A stretch of DNA of 64,000 nucleotides from an uncultured Phycisphaerales bacterium (GCA_963718665.1 OY970359.1:399514-463513), one strand, 5' to 3'. Shown: positions 10,692-21,470, counted from the stretch's first letter. Program-made: numbers and translations. The notes: a model not told the origin generated them from the sequence alone.

Positions 10692-13175
10692 GTGATAACA
10701 TTTTTTTCAGTAAAAAAACGAATATCGCCGGCTTGTTCCAAAGCAGCCGAGCCGGTGAAACATCGCTGGCTGTTCTGGCTGCCTTCAATAACAGGATTTG
10801 CTGCGCTTATATGGTTTCTCATCAGGGTAATACCAAAGCCATCACGAGCTGCATATCCCTGCCAGCGCGTTGCGTTCCCGTTAGCGTCTGGCTTCATAAT
10901 CTGGCTAATGGGGTTGGCCGGTTCGGCAGTCGCGTTTCGTAAGGCAAGGCATTATTTCCTGCGGGCGAGATACATCATCGGGATGATGTTTGTTTCCCTC
11001 AGTATCGGCTTCATCTGGATGGCGATGAGCCATACGACACCTAAAATCGTCCTCGCTGATTCGCAGCCGGCTAACGAACCAATGGGCACTGCGCAAGGTA
11101 TTTGTCCCGGTCGCGTCGTCTGGGTTCACGACGCCAACGCCACCAATGAAAACTGCACCAACACATATACCCCAGTTGAAGACGGCTGGTTTCTCCCCAA
11201 AAACAATAATCAGGCGGTGATAGATAAAATGGTCTCGCAAATGCTTCGCAGTTTGACGGGAGAAAATTCAGATGAGGCCGCATGGGATGCCCTGTTCAAA
11301 AATTTCAACCAGACAAAGGGCAGGGGCAACGCCGGCTACTTACCAGGCCAGAAAATTATGATCAAAACAAACTTCACAAGCGCCTGGGGCTGGGGCACTG
11401 ATTATCCCAATATAAACTCAACCGATTACTCAATCGTGAAAAACAGCTGGTACGGCACAGCCGAAACATCGCCGGAGGTGGTGCTCGCTTTTTTAAGGCA
11501 ATTAGTGAACGTTTACGGCGTGCGCCAGCAGGATATTTCAGTCGGAGACCCGCTAAAGCATCTCTATAAACATACATACGACCTGCTGCACACGGAATTC
11601 CCGAACGTGGTCTATATCGACCACCAGTCCAGCACTTTGGGACGAACTCCGATTGTTCCCAGCGCAGCCCCTGTAATTTTTTATTCCGACCGCGGCACTA
11701 TTTTACACGAAGATGGCAATTCAGCCCCGGTCTATAATGATTACCTGCCCACCTGCATCACAGAAGCCAATTATATGATTAATATCGCAGCCCTTAAAGG
11801 CCATAACAGGGCAGGCATTACTCTTTGCGCCAAGAATCATTTCGGCTCACACTGCCGTGAAGACGCCAGCCATCTTCACGAAGGACTGGTCAGTCCCGAC
11901 GAAATCCACCAAACCAGGGCCGGGATGGGGTTATATAGAGTCCAGGTAGATTTGATGGGACACAAGTTCCTCGGCGGCAATACCGTGCTGAACGTTGTGG
12001 ATGGACTTTGGGGTGCGCCTGAATCAATTGAAAAGCCAGAAAAATGGATATCAACCCCGTTTAATAACGACTACCCGTCAAGCATCTTTGCCTCCCAGGA
12101 CCAGGTCGCCCTGGAATCTGTTTGCTTCGACTTCTTAAAAACAGAATATACTCAGGCAAATCATCCGGACAATTACTGGCCCCAGATGGCTGGCGTGGAT
12201 GACTACCTTCACCAGGCGGCGGACCCGAACAACTGGCCGGCGGATATTAACTACGACCCCGAAAACGATGGCACTCCTATCGGAAGTTTAGGTGTTCATG
12301 AGCACTGGAATGACGCCAACAATAAGCAATACACCCGCAACCTCGACCCGGTGAACGGTAAGGGCATTGAGCTGGTCAATCCCGCATTAGACCACTATTG
12401 GGTCTCAATTACGAATTGCACCGTTTCCGCCGGCAAAAACAACATCGGCGCGATTTCAATTTCGGGCACAATGGACGTTAACGCCAACAACCTGAATGAC
12501 GCCAACAACATCACGATTACCGTTGATTCAAATGATATGCTTTCACCCTGCACCAAAATCTTCCCTGTTGACGGAAATTCATTCAAAAATGGTAAATATA
12601 GTTATGCCCTGACCAAGAGCGGAACAATAAAATCTTTCAAATACGATACGAAGACCGGAAAGTTTTCCTTTACCGCTAAAAATGTTGACCTGTCGGGTTT
12701 GTCTTGTCCAGTAACAATGCGAATCACAATCGGCGATTCGTCCGGTGCCGGCCATGCGGGTGAAAGAATAGTCAACGGCCGCAAACCGACCCCCATAAAA
12801 CTTATGCTGGGGGTCAAAAACACCCTGAGAATTGACAATTTCAAAGTTACGAAGGGTAAGAATAAATTATCCATCAATGCGGCTATCGCAGTCGAACACA
12901 CAAATGTAAATCTTTCCGATGTCAACGTCACCATTACTCTTGATTCGCAGACCTTCACCATTCCCGCCGGCAGCTTTATCACAAAGAAAAATAAATTCGT
13001 CTGCACAAATGCCGCTGTTAATGAGGGCGGTTTCGCCACCGGCGTTTTCGACGCAAACAACTGCTCCTTTACTCTCACTATAAAACAAACGAACATCACC
13101 TCGCCATCGGGCTATTGGAATCTCGCCATCAAATTCGCCGATTTTAACGAATCCGGGCTGGTTTACCTGCCTTAA
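10692..13175 (+). CDS. DUF362-domain protein with an N-terminal membrane anchor and a C-terminal Ig-like/beta-sandwich extension
   Basis: GTG start 6 nt after AGGAGC. Two N-terminal TM helices. KIMIKTNFTS and ALKGHNRAGITLCAKNHFG match the DUF362 pattern (K.H...GiT...KN.FG). 827 aa. Confidence 0.65.
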   Translation: MITFFSVKKRISPACSKAAEPVKHRWLFWLPSITGFAALIWFLIRVIPKPSRAAYPCQRVAFPLASGFIIWLMGLAGSAVAFRKARHYFLRARYIIGMMFVSLSIGFIWMAMSHTTPKIVLADSQPANEPMGTAQGICPGRVVWVHDANATNENCTNTYTPVEDGWFLPKNNNQAVIDKMVSQMLRSLTGENSDEAAWDALFKNFNQTKGRGNAGYLPGQKIMIKTNFTSAWGWGTDYPNINSTDYSIVKNSWYGTAETSPEVVLAFLRQLVNVYGVRQQDISVGDPLKHLYKHTYDLLHTEFPNVVYIDHQSSTLGRTPIVPSAAPVIFYSDRGTILHEDGNSAPVYNDYLPTCITEANYMINIAALKGHNRAGITLCAKNHFGSHCREDASHLHEGLVSPDEIHQTRAGMGLYRVQVDLMGHKFLGGNTVLNVVDGLWGAPESIEKPEKWISTPFNNDYPSSIFASQDQVALESVCFDFLKTEYTQANHPDNYWPQMAGVDDYLHQAADPNNWPADINYDPENDGTPIGSLGVHEHWNDANNKQYTRNLDPVNGKGIELVNPALDHYWVSITNCTVSAGKNNIGAISISGTMDVNANNLNDANNITITVDSNDMLSPCTKIFPVDGNSFKNGKYSYALTKSGTIKSFKYDTKTGKFSFTAKNVDLSGLSCPVTMRITIGDSSGAGHAGERIVNGRKPTPIKLMLGVKNTLRIDNFKVTKGKNKLSINAAIAVEHTNVNLSDVNVTITLDSQTFTIPAGSFITKKNKFVCTNAAVNEGGFATGVFDANNCSFTLTIKQTNITSPSGYWNLAIKFADFNESGLVYLP

Positions 13176-13391
13176 TCGCAGCCCTGAATAATCACAAACC
13201 CCTTTTATTGCATCAAAAACATGACAAAGCCACTTTACCTTGACGTCCGGTCCGCACAATATATAATTGTAATCGTATTTTGTCGTTATGGCGGGTTCGT
13301 CATTTTCGCTGCAATATATTAGCCGTGAAAAACGTTTCTAAGATAAGGGAAGCGATTGATATTCTGACTTTTTTTATGAAAGGGTAGATAT

Positions 13392-14927
13392 ATGAAAACT
13401 GCGATTGTGCTTGTGATAACAACCGTGTTTGCGGTTGCCCCGCTGTATGGCGAGGACTCGACCCAGCCGCCGCCGACACCGGCGCAAGAACAACCCGAGG
13501 TTTTGACACGCGGCCCCGTTCACGAGGCGTTTGCCGAACCGGTTGACCTGAACACGCAGCCGGCTGTGGTGGCCCCGACCCAGCCGCCCGCCAATATAGT
13601 TGAAAATCCGCCCGCGGATAAGCCCGTGGGCGATCAATACGTATGGGTCCCGGGTTATTGGGCATGGGACTCTGAACGCAACGACTACATCTGGGTCAGC
13701 GGCTGCTGGCGAGCCGCCCCGCCGGGCAGATACTGGGTGCCTGGCTACTGGTCCAAAACAGACATGGGCTGGGAATGGGTTCCCGGTTTCTGGGCACAAC
13801 AGGTCAGTAATGTTCAGCAAATCGAGTATTTACCCGCCCCGCCTGTAATTGCTGATGTGGAACCGCCGGGAGCTCCGCCCACAGACGACAATATCTGGGT
13901 GCCGCCCTGCTGGTATTGGTATCAGGGCCAGTATGTCTGGCGAAACGGTTACTGGCTTACGGCCCAGGAAGGATGGCTTTGGACGCCGTCGCATTATGTA
14001 TGCACGCCGCGAGGTTATGTGTTCGCCGCCGGGTACTGGGATTACCCCCTGCGGAGGCGAGGCGTTTTGTTTGCGCCGTTTTATATCCCCAGGCATGTCT
14101 GGGAACGGCCCGGTTTCTCGCTATCACTTGGCGTCGCAGTAGATATCGGCGCACTTCAGCTCAATCTGTTCACCTGTCCGCGATACAGCCATTTCTACTT
14201 CGGCGATTACTATGATGACTTCTATATCGGCATAGGCATCTTCCCGCAGTTCGAGTGTGAAAGTCGCCATTCCTGGTATGACCCTATTTATGAGCATGAC
14301 CGATGGAGCCACAGGGCTGACCCGCGCTGGGAAGAGCACGAAAGACATGATTATGAGTTAAGACGCGCCAACAAGGATATGCGCCCGCCGCGAACGTACA
14401 ACGAAATGGAACAACGAATGGCAAAATTGCCCGAGGCAAAACGAAAAGATATCCAGATGGCACGGACTATGGACAAAGTCATCGCAGATAAGAAAACAAC
14501 GATGAAATTCGAGCCGATAAAGGCCGACACCAGGCAAAAGATTTCAACCGGCGCAACCGATTTACGCAAATTCGGGGAGGAGCGAAGCAAATGGGAATCC
14601 TCACCGGCCTCAACGAAATCAGGCGGGCCAAACATAGAGCGCAGCGGTCAGACAACACAGCCGACAGGACAAAAAGCAGGCCCCGCAGCCGGTACCGATA
14701 ACAAGACCAGGAACGCGTCTGTCCAGGAAACCAAACGCGGTCAGTCGGAACAGGTAAAGATTCCGTCTCCGCCGATTGTCGGCAAACAGGAAGGATTCTT
14801 CAATAAAACCTCGCCGTCTCAACCGGACAATGAACGAAAAACCGACGTCAAACATACGCCCCAAGACGCACCCATGGACAAAGATTCGTCCAGAGACAGA
14901 GGTTCGCAAAGAGATGACCACAGATAA
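13392..14927 (+). CDS. Secreted repeat protein (W-x-PGYW / YxWxxGxW-type repeats) with a charged, low-complexity C-terminal half
   Basis: Signal peptide MKTAIVLVITTVFAVAPLYG. Repeats WVPGYWAWD, YIWVSGCW, YWVPGYWSK, WEWVPGFW, WVPPCWYWYQGQYVWRNGYW. The C-terminus is rich in K/R/E/D/Q. Confidence 0.6.
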   Translation: MKTAIVLVITTVFAVAPLYGEDSTQPPPTPAQEQPEVLTRGPVHEAFAEPVDLNTQPAVVAPTQPPANIVENPPADKPVGDQYVWVPGYWAWDSERNDYIWVSGCWRAAPPGRYWVPGYWSKTDMGWEWVPGFWAQQVSNVQQIEYLPAPPVIADVEPPGAPPTDDNIWVPPCWYWYQGQYVWRNGYWLTAQEGWLWTPSHYVCTPRGYVFAAGYWDYPLRRRGVLFAPFYIPRHVWERPGFSLSLGVAVDIGALQLNLFTCPRYSHFYFGDYYDDFYIGIGIFPQFECESRHSWYDPIYEHDRWSHRADPRWEEHERHDYELRRANKDMRPPRTYNEMEQRMAKLPEAKRKDIQMARTMDKVIADKKTTMKFEPIKADTRQKISTGATDLRKFGEERSKWESSPASTKSGGPNIERSGQTTQPTGQKAGPAAGTDNKTRNASVQETKRGQSEQVKIPSPPIVGKQEGFFNKTSPSQPDNERKTDVKHTPQDAPMDKDSSRDRGSQRDDHR

Positions 14928-15192
14928 ACAATTGTTAGCGGCGCAAAAATTGTGGCAAAATAACAGCGGCAGTAATGGGAAACAAACCATTGCTGCCGCT
15001 TTACTTTTTGCCGTCTGCCCGATTGTGCTGATTTCTCCGGGAATCACTTTAACAGGGTTTAAATCTTTCCGTTTTCCCTTGACTGTCTGTCCGCAAAACC
15101 TATGATTAAAACCGTCTTGTGCGGGGGTACACGCAGCAGAACCAGCCGCATTTTGTGGAACGAAAAAATCAAAAGAATACGGGTTATATGCT

Positions 15193-17085
15193 GTGGATTC
15201 AGGACATCGCGAAAAGCGGGTAAAACTGCTCATATGCATCGGCCTTGTGGCAGCCACATTTGCCACGTATGAGCCGACACTGCATAACGGCTTCGTCAAT
15301 TACGACGACGATAGATACATAACCCAGAATCCTCGCATAACCAAGGGGATAACGCAGGATTCCGTCGTCTGGGCATTTACACAGCCGCACTACTATATGT
15401 GGCATCCTCTCACCACGCTAAGCCATATACTGGATTGCCAGCTTTTTGGCCTGAATGCGTCCTGGCATCACCTTGTCAGCTTGTTGATTCATATTGTCAA
15501 CGCCCTGCTTGTGTTTTGGGTTCTCACCAATTTAACAGGGTCAATCTGGCCCGGCGCATTCATCGCGGCGGTATTTGCGCTGCACCCGATGCAGGTGGAA
15601 TCGGTGGCGTGGGCAGCCGAGCGAAAGACGGTGCTAAGCGGATTATTCTGGTTTCTAACAATATCCGTTTATATCTGGTACACAAAACGGCCGGGCACAG
15701 CACGATATATATTGCTGTTTCTGGTCTTTGGCCTTTGTATTATGACCAAACCCGTCGTCGTAACGCTTCCACTTGCCCTGCTTTTGCTGGACTACTGGCC
15801 TCTTGAACGGGTCAAATGGGAACTCAGCATTAAACCTTTAACTCCAAACGCCCAGGCCAAGCGAAAGATATCGGCTGCACTATTGATAATAGAAAAAATA
15901 CCTTTGCTTATATTGTCCGCTGTGCTGGCCATGGTAACATTCATCTCGCAACAAACCGGAGATGTGGTCAGCTCGCTTGAAATACTGCCTCTCAACCTCA
16001 GAATCGCCAACGTATTTATTTCCTACATAAAATATATCGGCAAAATAATTTGGCCGAGCGGACTGGCAGTTATTTATCCATATTTTAACTTAAATCTTAC
16101 AGACGCCACGGTGATTATTTGCACCCTGTTGTTTGTCCTGGCAACAATTTTCTGCATCTATATAGGCCGTCGCAGAAAGTATGTACTGGTCGGCTGGCTG
16201 TGGTATGTAGGGACGCTCGTCCCGATGATCGGACTTGTTCAGGTCGGTGCGCAGTCGATGGCCAACCGGTATATGTATATATCGATTCTGGGTCTGCTTG
16301 TCATTGCGGTCTTCGCCGTCAAAGAGTTTGTTGCCGACAACGTTCGCCGGAAAATTTTGGTCGCTGTATCAGCCGCAGGTTTGCTGTTTACCCTCGGTAT
16401 TCTCACCCACATGCAGGTCAAACACTGGCAGAATGACTTCACTCTATTCGGATACGCCATTGAAGTCACCGAAAATAACGTTGTCGCAGAAAGTGGTTTT
16501 GGAAGCGCTTTGTTTAGAGCGGGCCGATACAACGAAGCTGTGCCGCATCTGACCAAAGCTTTGCGGATATCCCCTGCGTATTCCAACGCCCGCAACGACC
16601 TCGGTATGGTTTTTCTGAAACTGGGAAAACTTAACGAGGCCAAAGCGTGTTTCGATGAGCTTATAAAACAAAAGCAGAGTTCCCCCAAGGTATATGTGAA
16701 TCTCGCAGTAACTTACGCTCAACAGGGTAAGTATGACTTGGCAATGCAGAATTGCGCCAAAGCGGAGCAGTTAAAGCCAGACGACGCTGAATCGCTCAAT
16801 AATATGGCCTGGCTTTTTGTCACCATCGGCGACACATTCGCCCAGGACGCCAACAAAGCGATAGGTTACGCCCGGGGTGCCTGTGAGCTGACGGCTTATA
16901 ATAACGCGGACCATCTGGATACCCTCGCTGCCGCCTATGCCGCTGCGGGCAAATTCAACGACGCGATAGCAACTGCCGAAAAAGCTTTAAACGTCGCTAA
17001 AGCCGCGGGGCGGGAAAATACATTTCGTGAAATCCAGGGTCGGCTTGAGCTTTACAAGGCAGGCAAGCCATACCGCGAAAAATGA
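15193..17085 (+). CDS. Polytopic membrane protein with C-terminal TPR repeats (PMT/GT39-like, DUF1736/TMTC-like architecture)
   Basis: GTG start. NGFVNYDDDRYITQNP...WHPLTTLSHILDCQLFGLNASWHHLVSLLIH is typical of this family. About 10 TM helices followed by TPRs (aa about 440-630). Confidence 0.65.
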   Translation: MDSGHREKRVKLLICIGLVAATFATYEPTLHNGFVNYDDDRYITQNPRITKGITQDSVVWAFTQPHYYMWHPLTTLSHILDCQLFGLNASWHHLVSLLIHIVNALLVFWVLTNLTGSIWPGAFIAAVFALHPMQVESVAWAAERKTVLSGLFWFLTISVYIWYTKRPGTARYILLFLVFGLCIMTKPVVVTLPLALLLLDYWPLERVKWELSIKPLTPNAQAKRKISAALLIIEKIPLLILSAVLAMVTFISQQTGDVVSSLEILPLNLRIANVFISYIKYIGKIIWPSGLAVIYPYFNLNLTDATVIICTLLFVLATIFCIYIGRRRKYVLVGWLWYVGTLVPMIGLVQVGAQSMANRYMYISILGLLVIAVFAVKEFVADNVRRKILVAVSAAGLLFTLGILTHMQVKHWQNDFTLFGYAIEVTENNVVAESGFGSALFRAGRYNEAVPHLTKALRISPAYSNARNDLGMVFLKLGKLNEAKACFDELIKQKQSSPKVYVNLAVTYAQQGKYDLAMQNCAKAEQLKPDDAESLNNMAWLFVTIGDTFAQDANKAIGYARGACELTAYNNADHLDTLAAAYAAAGKFNDAIATAEKALNVAKAAGRENTFREIQGRLELYKAGKPYREK

Positions 17086-17125
17086 CCTCCGGTAGGTAAC
17101 ACCTTTGCAACGATTCGTCCCAGCT

Positions 17126-18511
17126 TTATTTTTGCCGCTGCGAAGGATGAAATAAATCGGCTAATTGCTTTGTGATTTGAGACCTGCGGACCTTCCGGCG
17201 GATATCCTTGAACTGCGGGTGGTCGCCCATAATGAGCGTGCCTCTTTCGATGGTTTCAGTCGCGTCGGCAAGCCGATTCATCGCAAGATAAACAACCGCC
17301 GAAGCGCGAATCGCCAAAACGTGTTGCGGGTTTATCTCCATAGCGCAGGTGAAAAACTCAATGGCATCATCGAGCCGGCCTTTAATCGCGTTGGCCAGCC
17401 CCAGGTAATAGTGTGCATCCGCGTCGCTTGAATCAATATCGAGTGCCCGTAACAGGCAATTCGCCGCACAATCGAGCGTATCGTCCTTGTCTTCGCCCTC
17501 GGCTTTCTCAGCGATAACCAAAAACATCGAAGCCATCGACACAAGCACATCCGCGTCGTCGCTCACCAGCTTTATCTCCGAAGCCAGAAATGTTTTTGCC
17601 TTTTCAAGGTCGCCTCGCTCAAGTGCGTACTGTCCCAGCCGATATCGAGGACCGGCCAGCATCGTATCTCGTTCAAGCGCCTGCGTAAAATACTTCACCG
17701 CGCTGGCCTTGTCCCCCGCGTCAAGAGCAACGTCGCCCAGGTAAAACAACGCCATTGCCGTATCGGGCCTCAGCTCAAGGGCACGATGGAATTTTTCCTT
17801 CGCCGACTCTACATCGCCTCTTTCGAGCAGAAAGAATCCGAAATCTACGATTACCTCCACGTCTCCGGGATTTATACGCAACTCTTTAAGAAAGTGCTGT
17901 CTGCTGCGTTCGGTTTCACCTTCCGCCCACAGTGCCTGCGCTATATGGTAATTGATTTGCGGATGCGAGGGTTCCATCTCCGCGGTTTTCATCCAGCAGT
18001 GAATTGCCTTTTTGAACTGCCCGCGGGCAAATAAACTGTTGCCTATGTTATAATAGCAAAGAGCGCAATCCGGATTTATCTGCTGCGCCAGGTAAAACAT
18101 CTGCTCGGCCTGCTCGTGCAGTCCCATTTCCGTATAGGTGATTATCCTGTTACAGTAACACGGCTCAAAGCTCGCGTCCAGCCCCTCGATGTGCTCAAAG
18201 GTCTGGATGGCAAGGTCATAATTTCCTACCCGCGTGTAATCGACCGCCAGCGAGTTGAGAATCTCAAGGTCGCACGGATTCAAAGCAAGGGCCGCCTCGT
18301 AATCTGCTATTGCTTCCTCGAATTTGCCAAGCGAATCAAGCGAAAGCGCCTTGTTAAAATGCAGTGCACAATTCGCAGGATTTGTTTCAAGGGCGTCGTT
18401 AAGCTCTGTGATGGCCTGAATTACCTTGCCGTCCTCATAAAGCTCAAACGCCTTTTGCGCCTTCTGCTCGCCGCCGTCAAAAGATTCGTATGGCTGCTCG
18501 TCAAAAATCAT
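17126..18511 (-). CDS. TPR-repeat protein
   Basis: 461 aa with repeated A..Y..AL.l.P...a..nlg pattern throughout. Confidence 0.8.
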   Translation of the reverse strand: MIFDEQPYESFDGGEQKAQKAFELYEDGKVIQAITELNDALETNPANCALHFNKALSLDSLGKFEEAIADYEAALALNPCDLEILNSLAVDYTRVGNYDLAIQTFEHIEGLDASFEPCYCNRIITYTEMGLHEQAEQMFYLAQQINPDCALCYYNIGNSLFARGQFKKAIHCWMKTAEMEPSHPQINYHIAQALWAEGETERSRQHFLKELRINPGDVEVIVDFGFFLLERGDVESAKEKFHRALELRPDTAMALFYLGDVALDAGDKASAVKYFTQALERDTMLAGPRYRLGQYALERGDLEKAKTFLASEIKLVSDDADVLVSMASMFLVIAEKAEGEDKDDTLDCAANCLLRALDIDSSDADAHYYLGLANAIKGRLDDAIEFFTCAMEINPQHVLAIRASAVVYLAMNRLADATETIERGTLIMGDHPQFKDIRRKVRRSQITKQLADLFHPSQRQK

Positions 18512-18882
18512 AGAGCCACTCCATTTAAATTAGAATTTAGAATGTAGAATTAAGAATCGAATTAAGCGGTCTTATTTCTAAATTCTGAATTCTTCATTCT
18601 TAATTGCTTATCGCCAATCCAAAGCCCGCGGTTAACCGGTTTTTGGCCACTGTCTTATGACGGCAAACAAACGGAAATTTCACTGGCAATATCGCCCGTA
18701 ACATCTTATAATTGAACAAGTTAGCTAAATTAGGCGGGCTTTATATGCCGGTATGATTTGGCTGACGCGGTTGTTTTTATGGAAAGCAGGCCGTAATGGT
18801 CTTATAATGTACGTGGTAGTCGCTCGATGCGCGCGAGTATCGTATATCGAGAAACAGGTACTGAGTTTGGAGATTTGCAAGT

Positions 18883-19347
18883 ATGATTAAGGAAATAAAA
18901 GGTCAACTCACGGCGGGCAAGGGAAATTACGCCATTGTCGTCAGCAGGTTCAATGAATTCATCACTTCTCGTCTGCTTTCAGGCGCAATCGATTGTCTTA
19001 AACGCCACGGGGCAAAAGAGGAACAGATAACCGTCGTCTGGGTGCCCGGCGCCTGCGAGATTGTTGTCCCCGCGAAGAAACTCGCTGTGGCCGGCAAGTT
19101 CGACGCGGTGCTTTGCCTCGGTGCGGTAATACGGGGACAGACCCAGCATTATGAGGCCGTATGCCAGCAGGTGGTTCGTGGCATAGGCCAGATTAACTAC
19201 GATTCGAAAACCCCTGCGGTCTTCGGCGTGCTGACCTGCGAAACGCTCGAAGAAGCCGTGGACAGGGCCGGGGCAAAGAAAGGCAACGCCGGCGCAGACG
19301 CAGCTATGACGGCTATGGAAATGGCCAGCGTAATGGGACAGCTTTAA
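18883..19347 (+). CDS. ribH: 6,7-dimethyl-8-ribityllumazine synthase
   Basis: 154 aa; YAIVVSRFNEFITSRLLSGAIDCLKRHG...VWVPGACEI..LGAVIRGQTQHYE. Confidence 0.93.
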   Translation: MIKEIKGQLTAGKGNYAIVVSRFNEFITSRLLSGAIDCLKRHGAKEEQITVVWVPGACEIVVPAKKLAVAGKFDAVLCLGAVIRGQTQHYEAVCQQVVRGIGQINYDSKTPAVFGVLTCETLEEAVDRAGAKKGNAGADAAMTAMEMASVMGQL

Positions 19348-19434
19348 CACATCGATGCTCGTACGGGTATCGAAGAATAAGTATTGAAAAAATGGTAGGG
19401 TGTGCTGTGCACACCAGTCAGGAGAGTTTGACGC

Positions 19435-19863
19435 TTGGATCCGAGGACAAAGGCACGCCAGCTCGCAATGCAGGCCTTGTTTCAGCTCGATGTTCAGGGC
19501 GCGTCACTGCTTGCTGATTTGGACGATTTTTTCAGGGAAAACGCCCCTGAACTGCCCGTTCGCACTCTCGCCTCGGACTGGACAAGAGGCGCCTGGACCA
19601 ATATCTCCGCCTGCGATGAACTAATAACCGGTGCGGCTCTTAAATGGAAACTTTCCCGGCTTTCGCAGGTCGATAAAAGCATACTGCGTCTGGCGGTTTA
19701 CCACCTGAAGTTCTGCCCCGACATCCCGCCCAAAGTTACAATCAACGAGGCAATCGAGCTTGCGAAAAAATTCGGCACAGATAAATCGCCCTCGTTTGTC
19801 AACGGCGTCCTCGACGGCGTCCTGAGAAAAATGATGGAAGTAAAGCAGGAGGCCCCAAAATGA
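19435..19863 (+). CDS. nusB: Transcription antitermination factor NusB
   Basis: TTG start after AGGAGAG. RTKARQLAMQALFQLDVQG ... INEAIELAKKFG..SPSFVNGVLD. Classic ribH-nusB synteny. Confidence 0.9.
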   Translation: MDPRTKARQLAMQALFQLDVQGASLLADLDDFFRENAPELPVRTLASDWTRGAWTNISACDELITGAALKWKLSRLSQVDKSILRLAVYHLKFCPDIPPKVTINEAIELAKKFGTDKSPSFVNGVLDGVLRKMMEVKQEAPK

Positions 19864-20791
19864 GAAAAATTGCGGTCCTCAACCAAAAAGGAGGCGTCGG
19901 CAAAACCACCACTGTCGTCAATACCGCCGCCGCTTTGGCAAATATGGGCCAGCGCACCTTAGCCATCGACCTTGACCCGCAGGGACACCTGACCACTCAT
20001 TTGGGCATCAACACCGACGTGGTTCACGCCGGCTCATACCGTGTCCTCACCCAGTCCGCAAACGTCGAAGCGGAAATGATGCTCGTCAGACCAAACCTAT
20101 GGCTGCTTCCCGCCAATATCGACCTCGTCGGAGCTGAATCCGAGCTTGTAAGCGTCGTAGGCAGAGAAACAATCCTCCGAGAAGCATTAGCCATTCTGGA
20201 AGACAAACTCGATTACATAATCATCGATTGCGCCCCGTCGCTTGGTCTTTTGGCCCTGAACGCGTTAGCCGCTGTTGATGAGATTTTGATACCGCTTCAG
20301 CCGCATTTTCTGGCACTTCAGGGTTTAGGTAAATTGCTTCAAACCGTCTCACTCGTCAACAAGCGAATCAATCCCGCCTTGAAGGTCAAATGGGTTCTGC
20401 TTTGTATGTTCGAAGCCCGCGCGTCGCTGCCAAACGAGGTCAAAGCCGATATCGAAAACTTCCTTTCGAACGCACGCAACACAAACTGCACTGGTCAGAA
20501 GCGCAGATTCTGCCCGTTTATGTCCGCAGGAATATCACATTGGCCGAAGCCCCGAGTTATGGCCAAACGATTTTCGAATACGACCCCTCTTGCCACGGCT
20601 CAACCGACTACAAACAAGTCGCAGAACTCATACACAACCAGATGCAATCGCCAATACTCCCCGTCGAAACACAGCAGCCCCCCATAAAAATTGTTGAGAT
20701 ATCGCCTGCAAATTCACAGGCCGCTGTCACAGAAGCTGTATCATTAAATCCTTTGCCTCAGACAGAACAACCACAAAATCCTACAATATAA
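19860..20791 (+). CDS. ParA/Soj-like P-loop ATPase with the frame broken once (ORF-track pieces 19860..20687 and 20390..20791)
   Basis: The N-terminus KIAVLNQKGGVGKTTTVVNTAAALA carries the deviant Walker A. The conserved C-terminal block ILPVYVRRNITLAEAPSYGQTIFEYD is in the other frame. The break is at or near the aaa run at 20484-20486. ATGA overlap with the nusB stop. Confidence 0.8.
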
Positions 20792-21470
20792 GCTGCTCTG
20801 GCCTTTGCAGAAGACCTCCGATACATGCGAGAAATTTTGCGGCATAGGGGTCGGGAACGACTCTCGAATCCACGGCTATCGTCAAATCGGTGATTTTGCG
20901 GATAAGAATTTGACCATCCTTCGGAACGGCGGTTCGCAGTGTGTTGCCAACGTTCAAAATCGTCGTCGCAGGCGGCGGAACAATACCGATAAATGAATCG
21001 ATATCGTAAACGCCAAGGTTACTCAGCCCAATTGTCTCGCCGGAAATCTCGTCGAGCGTAAGTTTGTTGCTTCGGGCTTTGTCGGTTAATTCTTTTTCAA
21101 GATTGGCTATCTGGGCAAGCGTCTTTTTGTCGGCTTCTTTGACCACGGGCACAACCAATCCGTGCGGCGCGTTCACGGCAAAACCCACGTTGACTGAATC
21201 GGCGATTTTTATCGAGTCGCCCTGCAATGAGCCGACCATTAGGGGAAATTCCTTAACCGCAAGGCCAAGGGCCTTGATATAAAAAGCATTGGACGTGATT
21301 TTGACGCCCAATTGCTTTTTCAGCTCGTGGCGCCTATCCATAAGCTCAGTCGTGTCAGCATCTATCCCCATATAATAACAGGGTTTGGTCTGCTTGCTCT
21401 CAAGCATCCTCTGGCCTATGAGCTTTTGTATCCTGCTCATAGGAATACGCGTTTCAGGTTTTGCCGTCAT
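20781..21470 (-). CDS. Stand-alone 2-oxoacid dehydrogenase E2-type acyltransferase catalytic domain (no lipoyl or E3-binding domains; catalytic His not conserved)
   Basis: 229 aa. Aligns by eye to the E2 catalytic domain (PMSRIQKLIGQRMLESK..., GLSNLGVY). The C-terminal motif reads AVDSRVVPDPYAAKFL where canonical E2 has DHRxxDGaxaarFL. Confidence 0.7.
   Translation of the reverse strand: MTAKPETRIPMSRIQKLIGQRMLESKQTKPCYYMGIDADTTELMDRRHELKKQLGVKITSNAFYIKALGLAVKEFPLMVGSLQGDSIKIADSVNVGFAVNAPHGLVVPVVKEADKKTLAQIANLEKELTDKARSNKLTLDEISGETIGLSNLGVYDIDSFIGIVPPPATTILNVGNTLRTAVPKDGQILIRKITDLTIAVDSRVVPDPYAAKFLACIGGLLQRPEQLIL

Noticed and set aside
14619-15299. 226-aa minus-strand ORF (and the ORF at 14776..15105 on the plus strand)
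   Set aside because: It overlaps the 3' end of the repeat-protein gene and the 5' end of the TMTC-like gene. Its composition is Cys/Arg-rich and nonsense-like, typical of an antisense frame in GC-rich DNA.
18512-18882. FMN (RFN) riboswitch expected upstream of ribH (also checked upstream of ribE, 25549-25662)
   Set aside because: No GGGGCAGGGTGAAATTCCC-type core or the characteristic multi-stem junction sequences were seen in either leader.
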